A DNA stretch of 64,000 nt from an uncultured Clostridia bacterium (GTDB lineage Bacteria; Bacillota; Clostridia; Christensenellales; CAG-314), in assembly GCA_934230325.1 (NCBI GenBank), contig CAKQEP010000004.1:21840-85839 (forward strand). The letters are read 5' to 3'. Numbering within the stretch: the first letter of the stretch is position 1; the number at the start of each line of letters is the position of its first letter. The notes below the pieces were generated by a model, which did not search any database, had not been told where the DNA came from, and saw only the letters and a list, made by a program, of their open reading frames with translations. Both the position numbers and the translations under genes were made by a program. Shown in pieces: positions 6,963 through 15,963 of the stretch.

Positions 6963-8456
6963 ATGAAAATTGTTTTTGCTTGTTTAAGCGGTTTTTTTGC
7001 CGCCGTGAGTAGTTTATATTACGTTTGGATACTGCAATTAAACTCGTACAGATATTCTCGAGCCGCAAAAGATTTGATTTTTTCTTTGCATTCAGGCTTG
7101 AGTTTTTTGTTTTCCGCATTACAAATCGTTTTGTTGTTTTGCGCAAAAAATGTTATTACGTATTATAGTTTTTGCGTCAATTTATTGCTGTGCGGTTGGT
7201 TGCTTTTGCCTAAAAAAACGCCGATTAAATTCACCAAAAGAGTTTGGCGGTGGGCGGTCGTTATTTTGGCGACGTGTGTTTTATCTTTTTTGTTTTTAAA
7301 TAGTTATGTCGTTTGTTTGGCGCAAATACTTGTCGTTATCGTTGCCGACATTATTCTTTTGCCTTTAAACTGCGCGATAAACTGCTATTACGTCAAAAAG
7401 GCGCAAAAGAAGTTGAAACAAACAAACGGAGTTGTTGTTACCGTTGTGGGCAGTATGGGAAAAACTTCCGTAAAAAATATTTTAAAAGCGTTTTTGTCTA
7501 CAAAATTTAAAACAGAGTGCAGTCCGTCAAGTTTTAACACGCCGCTCGGCATAGCAAAGTTTATAAATTCGACTGACTTTTCTACACGGGTGCTTATCGT
7601 CGAAGCGGGCGCAAAAAAACGCGGAGATATAGCAAAAATCTGCCGCCTGTTTAAACCGCGTCACGCCGTAATCACGGGAATTGCAGAACAACATCTATCA
7701 ACCTTTAAAAGCATCGATAATATAATAAAGGCAAAAGGAGAAGTTTTGGACTGCCTTTCTGACGGCGGGGTATGCGTGATAAACGCCGACAACGAGTACT
7801 GCAAAAGTTATTTTAACAAAGGCGTTGCTCAAAAACTTTCGGTAGGTAAGACGGGCAAAGATTGCCGCATAAAAAACGTGCTTAATAGTCCAAACGGCAC
7901 GCAAGCGGATTTGATTTTTAACGGCAAAACTTATCATATTTTTACGCCGTTGTTGGGAGAGATAAGCGCTTTTAACGTTGCGTTAAGTTTTTGTATGGCA
8001 GTTAAACTCGGTTGCAATCCCGATTTGTTGGTACAAGAGGCGGCAAAACTCGATTTTGTACCGCACAGATTGCAACTTTTGCGTGTTGGGAAAAGGTTTG
8101 TCATAGACGATAGTTACAACGCAAACACGGTAGGTTTAAAGTGTTTGCTTGACGTTGTTGAAGGTTTTAACGGTAACAAACTAATCGTTGCGCAAGGTAT
8201 AGTAGAACAAGGTAAAAAAAGCAAACAAGTCAATCGTTTGGCGGGCGTCGATATGGCAAAAATTGCCGATGCCGTTGCCGTAACGGGCAAAAACAAGCGT
8301 ATATTAGCGGAAGGTCTTGCCGACGGGGGTTTGCCGCAAAACAAAATTTTTGTTTGCGAAACGGTAAAAGACGCAGTAAACAAACTTGCGCCGTTTTTGA
8401 CCGATGGCAGCGTGATTGCTTTTCAAAACGATTTACCCGACAAAATAAACGGATAA
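6963..8456 (+). CDS. MurF-type Mur ligase (UDP-MurNAc-tripeptide--D-Ala-D-Ala ligase-like) with polytopic membrane N-terminus
   Basis: 497 aa. P-loop VVGSMGKTS at residues ~161-169 and DDSYNAN motif typical of MurF. Residues 1-~140 are hydrophobic (4-5 predicted TM segments) in place of the usual soluble N-terminal domain. Confidence 0.75.
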   Translation: MKIVFACLSGFFAAVSSLYYVWILQLNSYRYSRAAKDLIFSLHSGLSFLFSALQIVLLFCAKNVITYYSFCVNLLLCGWLLLPKKTPIKFTKRVWRWAVVILATCVLSFLFLNSYVVCLAQILVVIVADIILLPLNCAINCYYVKKAQKKLKQTNGVVVTVVGSMGKTSVKNILKAFLSTKFKTECSPSSFNTPLGIAKFINSTDFSTRVLIVEAGAKKRGDIAKICRLFKPRHAVITGIAEQHLSTFKSIDNIIKAKGEVLDCLSDGGVCVINADNEYCKSYFNKGVAQKLSVGKTGKDCRIKNVLNSPNGTQADLIFNGKTYHIFTPLLGEISAFNVALSFCMAVKLGCNPDLLVQEAAKLDFVPHRLQLLRVGKRFVIDDSYNANTVGLKCLLDVVEGFNGNKLIVAQGIVEQGKKSKQVNRLAGVDMAKIADAVAVTGKNKRILAEGLADGGLPQNKIFVCETVKDAVNKLAPFLTDGSVIAFQNDLPDKING

Positions 8457-8467
8457 AGGAGGGGTTT

Positions 8468-9568
8468 ATGAATATATTGCTTTTGTACGGAGGAAAAAGC
8501 ACCGAGCATGATATTAGTATTCTCACGGCAGAAATAACGTTAAACGCGCTCATTGACAAACACAAAGTTTTTCCCGTATACGTCGATACCGACAACGTTT
8601 GGTGGTTGCTTTCAAAACGTCTTACGCCGCAACAAACAAAGTCGCAATATAAAAAATACGGCGTAAGAGCCTATTTGACGTGCGGCGACAACAGATTAAA
8701 AACGGTCGGTAAATTTAATACGACAAAAACGATAGCGACGATTGACGTTGCTGTGCCGTGTTTTCACGGAGTCAACGGCGAAGACGGAAGCGTATCGGGC
8801 TTGCTTCAACTATGTAATATTCCATACACGACGGGCAAAGCCTTTAGCAACGGCGCATGCATGGACAAAATAGCGTCAAAAACCATACTCAAAGGGATAG
8901 GCGCGAGAGTTTTGTCGGGGTGCATATTAAAAAATCTTGCAGACGGCGAAAAAGCAGTCAAAAAACTCGGATTTCCTTTGGTAATAAAGCCCGCAAACAC
9001 GGGTAGCAGTATAGGAATATCTTTGGCAGAAAATCAAACGCAACTTGACGACGCATTAAAACTTGCCTTTACGTTTGATGACAAAGTACTTGCGGAGCGC
9101 GCGCTCACTGATTTTTATGAAGTAAATTGTTCTGCCATGCGTATTGACGGCAGAATCTGCACGGGAGAAGTAGAGCGTCCCGTACCGCGCGATAAGATAC
9201 TATCCTTTGCCGACAAATATGCAAGAGGACAAAAGGGGGACGCAGACAGAATCTTTCCCTATAAATTCGACGGCGAACAATACGTAAAAACGTGGACTAA
9301 ACGTATTTACAACGCATTTGATTGTAGCGGCGTGATAAGGGTAGATTTTCTCGTCAACAACCTATCCGACGAAATTTTTTTAAACGAAGTTAACGCAATA
9401 CCGGGTTCTTTGTCGTATTACCTTTGGCAACCGCAATATACTCATTCTGAGTTTCTTGAACTTCTTATTAAAGAAGCAATAAGAGAACATAATAAAAAAA
9501 GTCGCTTGACGTACGCTTTTTTGAGCGGCGTATTAAACGGTGGCGGCGGCATAAAAACTAACAAATAA
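8468..9568 (+). CDS. ddl: D-alanine--D-alanine ligase
   Basis: MNILLLYGGKSTEHDISILTA.., ATP-grasp core, and C-terminal ..EVNAIPGS... Start set at the ATG at 8468 behind AAGGAGGGG; the track's 8354 start lies inside the murF-like gene. Confidence 0.9.
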   Translation: MNILLLYGGKSTEHDISILTAEITLNALIDKHKVFPVYVDTDNVWWLLSKRLTPQQTKSQYKKYGVRAYLTCGDNRLKTVGKFNTTKTIATIDVAVPCFHGVNGEDGSVSGLLQLCNIPYTTGKAFSNGACMDKIASKTILKGIGARVLSGCILKNLADGEKAVKKLGFPLVIKPANTGSSIGISLAENQTQLDDALKLAFTFDDKVLAERALTDFYEVNCSAMRIDGRICTGEVERPVPRDKILSFADKYARGQKGDADRIFPYKFDGEQYVKTWTKRIYNAFDCSGVIRVDFLVNNLSDEIFLNEVNAIPGSLSYYLWQPQYTHSEFLELLIKEAIREHNKKSRLTYAFLSGVLNGGGGIKTNK

Positions 9569-9593
9569 AATTTATAACAATTAAACAAACAAT

Positions 9594-9625
9594 AAAAACT
9601 CGGTTATTACGCCGAGTTTTCTTGT
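9594..9625 (+). terminator. Rho-independent terminator after ddl
   Basis: ACTCGG (9598-9603) pairs with CCGAGT (9612-9617), followed by TTTTCTTGT. Confidence 0.6.
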
Positions 9626-9670
9626 CAAAAAGTGTTTGTTGATTATTACGGAAAAAAATCAAATATCAAC

Positions 9671-9703
9671 AAAAACGGTCGCTTGAGCAAAGCGACCGTT
9701 TTT
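9671..9703. terminator. Bidirectional terminator downstream of serA
   Basis: AAAAACGGTCGCT (9671-9683) pairs with AGCGACCGTTTTT (9691-9703). Confidence 0.75.
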
Positions 9704-9750
9704 GTATAAGGAACAATTCAGATATATATCGATATAGTGAATTTGCTAAA

Positions 9751-10905
9751 TTAGATAACAAGCACTCTGGTTACGCCGTCGATTGCTTTGAGAGCGGCAA
9801 TCGCTTTATCGTCGAGTTTTTTGTTGACGTTGTACAAAGCAGCGCCAAACGCTTTTTTGGTTTTAGAAACAAATCCCACCACGCTAAACGGATTGAGTAC
9901 AGCGTTGAATTTGTCGGTCAAACCTTCTGCGTCTTTGTAAAGCACGACTACTCTTTGCGCGCCCTTGCTGTCAAGGTTTACTGCGGGGTAGTTTACGCTG
10001 TTGACGATGTTGCCTTTTTCTATAAAGTTAACCATTTGTCTTGCCGCCATTACTGCGCAGTTGTCTTCTGCTTCTGCCGTGCTTGCGCCGAGATGCGGTA
10101 TAGTGATTATGTTTGCTTTGCCGAGTAATGCGGAGCAGGGGAAGTCGGTCACGTAGCGATTGACTTTGCGGGACTCTACGGCGGCGATGATGTCGTCATA
10201 GTTTGCGAGTTCTCCGCGACTGCAGTTGATAATGTTTACGCCGTCTTTCATCTTTGCGATTGTAGAAGCGTTGATGCTGCCTTTTGTTTCCGGCGTAAGA
10301 GGAACGTGATACGTGATATAATCTGCCAAAGCGTATACGTCAAAAGTGTTGTCAAGTACGCGAATACGCTCGTCGAGAGTTTTTTCTGCTTCTTTGGTGA
10401 GGAAGGGGTCGTAACCGATAACGTCCATACCGAGAGCAAGGGCTGCGTCGGCAACAAGTCTGCCGATTGCGCCGAGTCCCATGACGGCAAGAGTCTTACC
10501 CTTAATTTCCGTGCCGACAAATTGTTTTTTGCCGCTTTCTACTTGTTCTGCAACGGTTTTTTCGCCGTCTACAAGACCTTGCGCCCAAGTTGCGCCGGCA
10601 ACGATGTTTCTGCCACAGTTGAGCATGGCGGCAAGAACTAATTCCTTAACGGCGTTTGCGTTTGCGCCCGGTGTGTTGAATACCACAACGCCTTGCTCGG
10701 CATATTTGTCGCAAGGGATATTGTTTGTGCCTGCGCCTGCGCGCGCTACGCACAAAACGGATTCCGGCAGAGCATACTCGTGCATTGCAAAACTACGCAC
10801 CATAATGCCAACGGGTTGTTTTGCGTCTTTGGTCATGACGTATTTGTCTTCAAAAACGGAGTTTACCAAAGGGCTGATTTCGTTAAGTCTTAAAACTTCT
10901 TTCAT
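9751..10905 (-). CDS. serA: D-3-phosphoglycerate dehydrogenase
   Basis: 2-hydroxyacid dehydrogenase NAD fold (GLGAIGRLVA) plus an ACT-like C-terminus. Adjacent to serC. ATG at 10905 preferred over the GTG at 10914, which is part of the AAGGTG RBS. Confidence 0.88.
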   Translation of the reverse strand: MKEVLRLNEISPLVNSVFEDKYVMTKDAKQPVGIMVRSFAMHEYALPESVLCVARAGAGTNNIPCDKYAEQGVVVFNTPGANANAVKELVLAAMLNCGRNIVAGATWAQGLVDGEKTVAEQVESGKKQFVGTEIKGKTLAVMGLGAIGRLVADAALALGMDVIGYDPFLTKEAEKTLDERIRVLDNTFDVYALADYITYHVPLTPETKGSINASTIAKMKDGVNIINCSRGELANYDDIIAAVESRKVNRYVTDFPCSALLGKANIITIPHLGASTAEAEDNCAVMAARQMVNFIEKGNIVNSVNYPAVNLDSKGAQRVVVLYKDAEGLTDKFNAVLNPFSVVGFVSKTKKAFGAALYNVNKKLDDKAIAALKAIDGVTRVLVI

Positions 10906-10995
10906 TATATTCACCTTACAAAATAATAATTATTCAAAAAAAGCGGAGGGAAAAATCGCCTTAAAAAAAGCAATTTTTCTCTCCTTAAAATTTGT

Positions 10996-12084
10996 TTAAG
11001 CGTTTTCCTTTTCGAACTTAGCCATAAACTCAACGAGTTTTTTGACGCCTTCGATAGGCATAGCGTTGTAAATGCTGGCTCTCATGCCGCCGACGAGTTT
11101 GTGACCTTTCAAGGAGCTAAGACCTTGTTCTGTCGCTTCCTTAATGAATTTTGCGTCGAGGTCGGGATCTCCGGTCACGAAAGGAATGTTCATGATGGAG
11201 CGATCTTCCTTTTTGACGGCGGACTTAAACAACTTGCTGTTGTCGATAAAGTCGTAAACCATAGCGGCTTTTTGTTCGTTTATTTTTTGGATAGCCTTTA
11301 CGCCGCCCAACGCTTTGAGGTGACGGAACACCAACATTGCAACGTAAATGGGGAAGCACGGCGGAGTGTTGTACAAACTGTCGTTGTCTGCCTGAGTCTT
11401 CCACTTAAGCATGGTGGGGCAGCAATCCATAGCGTTTTCCGTATTGTCGACGAGGTCCTTGCGAGCGATAACGATTGTCACGCCTGCGGGAGCGATGTTC
11501 TTTTGCGCGCCTGCATAAATCACGCCGTAATCGGACACGTTGATTTCTCTGGACAAAATTTCACTGGAAAGGTCGGCTACGATAGGCACGTTTGTCTTGG
11601 GAAGTTGAGCGTATCTCGTACCGAAAATAGTGTTGTTGGTGGTGATGTGAAGATATGCCGCGTCGCTGCGAATATCGAGATCTTTGGGTATGTAGGTGTA
11701 CTTGTCCGCCTTGCTGCTACCCGCAACGTGAATGTCACCGTAACGAGTTGCTTCTTCATACGCTTTGTTTGCAAAATTGCCGGACAAAACGTAATCGGCT
11801 TTTTTGTTTTTGCCGAGAAGGTTGAGAGGTATCGCGGCAAATTGAGTGGACGCGCCGCCTTGAACAAACAAAACGTAGTAGTTTTCGGGTATGCCCATAA
11901 GTTCGCGGAGCAAAGCCTGAGCCTCGTCGTTGACAGCCATAAACGGCTTGCTGCGGTGGCTCATTTCCGTAATACTCATGCCCGTGCCGTTATAGTTGAG
12001 CATATCTCTTTGAACTTCCAAAAGCACTTCTTCGGGCAAAGTGGAAGGACCTGCGGAAAAGTTGTAAACTCTCTTCTCAATCAT
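10996..12084 (-). CDS. serC: Phosphoserine aminotransferase
   Basis: 362 aa with YNFSAGPSTLPEEVL.. and ..GAQKNIAPAG.. (PLP-Lys region). AGGAGA RBS. Confidence 0.92.
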   Translation of the reverse strand: MIEKRVYNFSAGPSTLPEEVLLEVQRDMLNYNGTGMSITEMSHRSKPFMAVNDEAQALLRELMGIPENYYVLFVQGGASTQFAAIPLNLLGKNKKADYVLSGNFANKAYEEATRYGDIHVAGSSKADKYTYIPKDLDIRSDAAYLHITTNNTIFGTRYAQLPKTNVPIVADLSSEILSREINVSDYGVIYAGAQKNIAPAGVTIVIARKDLVDNTENAMDCCPTMLKWKTQADNDSLYNTPPCFPIYVAMLVFRHLKALGGVKAIQKINEQKAAMVYDFIDNSKLFKSAVKKEDRSIMNIPFVTGDPDLDAKFIKEATEQGLSSLKGHKLVGGMRASIYNAMPIEGVKKLVEFMAKFEKENA

Positions 12085-12476
12085 AAAAAGAATCTCCTGT
12101 TAATATAATTATTTTTTTGTTTGGACGGCGATTTTATCTCACCTCTCCAACTTCATATTATACACAGAAACAAAAAAAAAGCAACATAAAAAGGGGATAA
12201 AAACAAAATTATTTTTATTTATTTTAATTATAATATGCAAACGCAAATTGCGGCGTTTGACGCCTATTTATAATTAAACCAAAAAAGTATTTTTTATAGA
12301 TTTTGTCGCTTTAAAACGTGATTTAAATTTATAATTATAAATATTCTGTCTGTGTTTATAAACGGCCTAAAAATTATCGTTTTAAGGATTTTTTGTTGTT
12401 TAAAGCAAAAGTGAGGCAAAGGTCAAATTTTTCGGTCATTTTATATGGTTTTTTTCGGTTTTGTGACAAAAATTGT

Positions 12477-12505
12477 TTGGCAAGAACGAATTTATGTATT
12501 ATAAT
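12477..12505 (+). promoter_or_regulatory. Promoter of RNase J gene, leaderless geometry
   Basis: TTGGCA (12477-12482), 17 nt, TATAAT (12500-12505), 7 nt, ATG (12513). No SD. Confidence 0.55.
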
Positions 12506-12512
12506 AAAAAAC

Positions 12513-14585
12513 ATGAATGATAAAACAATATACAAAAAACAACAAAAGCCAAAGCCTGCAAGCAAAACGGGCAAATCCGCGCCGTTAAAAAACGCGCGCT
12601 ACAAAGCGGATAGCAAGCAGAAAGGCGATATTTCTAAAAAACTAAAAACTTTAAATTTTTTGAATAAAGCGGAGCAGGCGGTCAACGACTCTGCGCAAGA
12701 CAAACGCAAACAAAAACGTCAATCTAAAAAGAACAATGCAAAAGTAGTTTACGAAACGCCTATTACTTCTTCGCGCGCAAAAAAACAGCCGCTCGAGCAA
12801 TACGTAAAAAATCTTGACGCCGCAGCGCAAAACACCGTCAAAAAATTGCCGCCGCAACTCGATTTTTATCCGGAAGACGGTACGCAATCCGATTTTGCGG
12901 GCAATATCACAAAACCGCCAAAAGGCGATAAAAAACTTAAAATAATCTTTTTGGGCGGCGTAGGCGAAATAGGTAAAAACATGACCGCTTTCGAGTACGG
13001 CAACGATATAGTAATCGTTGATGCGGGCAGCAGTTTTCCTACTGCGGAGATGCCCGGTGTTGACGTTGTTATTCCCGATATAACTTATCTGAAAGAAAAC
13101 CGCTCAAAAATCAAGGGTTTGTTGCTCACTCACGGACACGAGGACCATATAGGCGGCGTACCGTATCTGCTCAAAGAAATCAATATGCCCGTTTACGGCA
13201 GCAAACTTACTCTTGCTCTTGTAGAAAACAAACTCGTGGAGCAAAAAATAGAGAATTATAAGTTGGTGCAGGTAGACGAAAGCAGCGACGTAAATCTCGG
13301 CGTGTTTAAAGCGGAATTTGTTCACGTTTGTCACAGCATTGCGGACAGTATGGCAATCGCGCTCAAAACTCCCGTCGGCATGGTGTTTTTGACGGGGGAT
13401 TTTAAGATTGACTATACCCCGATAGGCGGGCAGGTCATGAACCTTCACCGCATAGCGGAAATAGGCAAAAACGGCGTGGCGGTGCTTATGGCGGAGTCAA
13501 CAAACGTCGAAAGGGCGGGTTATACCATGAGCGAAGTCGTCGTAACGGAAACTTTGCGAAAAGTGTTTGCCGCCAACGCGGGCAGACGTCTTATCGTTGC
13601 GACTTTTGCGTCAAACGTTGACAGAGTTCAGCAGATAATAGATATTGCAAAGGACAGCGGACGTAAAATATCGCTGGGCGGACGCAGCATGCTAAAAGTA
13701 GTCGATACCGCTCGCAAGGCGGGTATGTTGAGTTTTGACGAGAACGATTTTGTCGATATAGACAAAGCCGACAAAATACCCGACGGGCAGTTGTGCATAT
13801 TGTCTACGGGTACGCAAGGCGAGCCTATGAGCGCGCTTACTCGTATGGCAAGCGGACAGTTTAACAAAATAAACATCGGACAAAACGACACGATAGTCAT
13901 TTCCGCAAGCCCCATACCCGGTAACGAAAAGGATATTTATAAAGTAATCAACAATTTGTACAGGCTCGGAGCAAACGTTATTTATAGCAGTCTTGCCGAC
14001 GTTCACGTTTCCGGCCACGCCTGCAAGGAAGAACTTAAACTGATGCATTCTTTGCTTAAACCAAAGTTTTTTATTCCTATACACGGCGAATATAGACACT
14101 TGTGTCAACACTCCCGTTTGGCGCAAGAGTTGGGTACGCCCAAAAACAATATAGTTATACCCGAGATAGGCGACGTGGTAGAAGTCACTTCTCGCAAAAT
14201 ATCCATCAAGGGCAAAGTACCGAGCGGAATCGTGCTTGTGGACGGGCTTGTAGTGGGCGACGTGGGGCAATCCTTACTTAAAGACCGCAAAACTTTGGCG
14301 GAAGAAGGCATTGTGATAGTTATGGTAGGCGTAAACACCACAAACGGCATTATCACGAGCGGTCCGGAGATAATTTCGCGCGGGTGCATTTATACCGGCG
14401 ACGACAGCAACAGCGCCATTATAGAAGACCTCAAAAATCTTGCGTCAAACGCGCTTGCCGACATCGATTTGAAGGAACTCAACGTCAGTATTACAAAACA
14501 ACTTTTGCAAAAACCCATCAAAAACTATTTCCGCAAAAAATACGACCGTTATCCGATGATAATACCGATAATTTTAGAGAATTAG
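12513..14585 (+). CDS. rnj: Ribonuclease J with ~140 aa Lys-rich N-terminal extension
   Basis: Metallo-beta-lactamase/beta-CASP core starts at KLKIIFLGGVGEIGKNM.. and includes ..LLTHGHEDHIGG... Start set at the first ATG (12513); the track's 12393 is an upstream non-ATG extension crossing the promoter. Confidence 0.88.
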   Translation: MNDKTIYKKQQKPKPASKTGKSAPLKNARYKADSKQKGDISKKLKTLNFLNKAEQAVNDSAQDKRKQKRQSKKNNAKVVYETPITSSRAKKQPLEQYVKNLDAAAQNTVKKLPPQLDFYPEDGTQSDFAGNITKPPKGDKKLKIIFLGGVGEIGKNMTAFEYGNDIVIVDAGSSFPTAEMPGVDVVIPDITYLKENRSKIKGLLLTHGHEDHIGGVPYLLKEINMPVYGSKLTLALVENKLVEQKIENYKLVQVDESSDVNLGVFKAEFVHVCHSIADSMAIALKTPVGMVFLTGDFKIDYTPIGGQVMNLHRIAEIGKNGVAVLMAESTNVERAGYTMSEVVVTETLRKVFAANAGRRLIVATFASNVDRVQQIIDIAKDSGRKISLGGRSMLKVVDTARKAGMLSFDENDFVDIDKADKIPDGQLCILSTGTQGEPMSALTRMASGQFNKINIGQNDTIVISASPIPGNEKDIYKVINNLYRLGANVIYSSLADVHVSGHACKEELKLMHSLLKPKFFIPIHGEYRHLCQHSRLAQELGTPKNNIVIPEIGDVVEVTSRKISIKGKVPSGIVLVDGLVVGDVGQSLLKDRKTLAEEGIVIVMVGVNTTNGIITSGPEIISRGCIYTGDDSNSAIIEDLKNLASNALADIDLKELNVSITKQLLQKPIKNYFRKKYDRYPMIIPIILEN

Positions 14586-14608
14586 TATTTTTTGATTTGC
14601 TTATTCAA

Positions 14609-15832
14609 ATGAAAACAAAAAAAGTAGAGTTGCTTGCTCCCGCAGGCAATATGGAAAAATTTTTTACTGCGATTCACTTTGGCGCGGACGCCGTGTATTT
14701 GTCGGGCAAAAATTTCGGTTTGCGCGCTTTTGCCGACAACTTCGACGCCGACCAACTTGCTTTTTGCGTAAAATACGCGCACGAGCGCGGCAAAAAAGTT
14801 TATGTTACCGTCAATATTTTTGCGTCGGACTCCGATTTTGACGAATTGAAAGATTATCTGGCGTATTTGCAAAAAATAGGCGTGGACGCCGTTTTGGTCA
14901 GCGACGCCGGCGTCATTTCTTTCGCAAAAAAAGTCGCGCCCGATTTGCCGTTGCATTTGTCAACGCAGGCAAACACGCTCAATAGTTATGCGGTGGATTT
15001 TTGGCACAAACAAGGTTTGGAAAGAGTCGTGCTTGCCCGAGAATGTACTATCCGACAAATCAAAGCGATATGCGACTTTAACCCTGATTGCGAGATAGAA
15101 GTCTTTGTTCACGGCGCAATGTGCGTCAGTTATAGCGGTCGCTGTCTTATGTCAAACTATTTGACGGGCAGGGATGCAAATAGGGGCGAGTGCGTTCAGG
15201 CGTGCAGGTGGAGTTGGAAAATTGAGGAAGATGGTCACACTGACAATCCGTTTATTTTAAAACAAGACCAAAGAGGCACGTATATATTCAACAGCAAAGA
15301 CCTCAACTTGTTGGACAAATTGAAAGAAGTCGTAGAGAGCGGCGTAGCGTCGTTAAAAATAGAAGGTCGAATGAAATCCGTGCATTACGTTGCGACGATA
15401 GTAAACGCTTATCGCAGGGCTTTGGACGCATATTATGCAAACCCCGACAAATTTAACGTTGCCGACGATTTGATAGAGGAAACTTTTAAAACCGTCCACA
15501 GAGAGTATACGCACGGATTTACTTTCCCCGACAAAACAATACGGCAAAGCGTGATTAACGGCAAAGCCGAGTGCGACAACGACTTTGTAGCGGCGGTAAA
15601 AGGCTACCAAAACGGCAAAGTTTACGTAGAAATGCGCAACAAGTTTGCGGAAGGTGACGAGTTGGAAATTTTGTCGCCTGACGATTCGTTTGGCAAAACG
15701 GTCAAAGTAGTCGGATTGTGCGACAAAGATTTAAACCCGATACCTGTGGCAAAACTTGTCAAGCAAATCGTCTGTTTTGACTGCCCGTATCCGTTGAAAG
15801 AATACGACATACTGCGTACGCACAAACAATAA
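14609..15832 (+). CDS. Peptidase U32 family protein
   Basis: MKTKKVELLAPAGN.., ..EVFVHGAMCVSYSGRCLMSNYLTGRDANRGECVQACRW.. (U32 signature). Start set at the ATG at 14609 after the rnj stop. Confidence 0.85.
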   Translation: MKTKKVELLAPAGNMEKFFTAIHFGADAVYLSGKNFGLRAFADNFDADQLAFCVKYAHERGKKVYVTVNIFASDSDFDELKDYLAYLQKIGVDAVLVSDAGVISFAKKVAPDLPLHLSTQANTLNSYAVDFWHKQGLERVVLARECTIRQIKAICDFNPDCEIEVFVHGAMCVSYSGRCLMSNYLTGRDANRGECVQACRWSWKIEEDGHTDNPFILKQDQRGTYIFNSKDLNLLDKLKEVVESGVASLKIEGRMKSVHYVATIVNAYRRALDAYYANPDKFNVADDLIEETFKTVHREYTHGFTFPDKTIRQSVINGKAECDNDFVAAVKGYQNGKVYVEMRNKFAEGDELEILSPDDSFGKTVKVVGLCDKDLNPIPVAKLVKQIVCFDCPYPLKEYDILRTHKQ

Positions 15833-15836
15833 ACTA

Positions 15837-15891
15837 CACCCGTAGCCTATTTGTATTTTTTTATATTAAGTAAGGTTACGGGTGCTTTTTT
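15837..15891 (+). terminator. Rho-independent terminator after U32 gene
   Basis: CACCCGTAGCC (15837-15847) pairs with GGTTACGGGTG (15874-15884), followed by CTTTTTT. The loop is large. Confidence 0.55.
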
Positions 15892-15963
15892 ACTTGATTT
15901 TTGTCGATAATTTGTATATATTTAAAATATAATTCATATTTATTATACTTATTTAGAGGTGTT

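Noticed and set aside
11101-12108. 335-aa plus-strand ORF
   Set aside because: Antisense shadow of serC, with no start signals and no recognisable domains.
12085-12476. Riboswitch, T-box or small RNA in the 390-bp AT-rich serC-rnj intergenic region
   Set aside because: There are only short AT-rich hairpins (for example CAAACGC/GCGTTTG at ~12241-12263). No T-box specifier or antiterminator features and no conserved riboswitch cores are recognisable.
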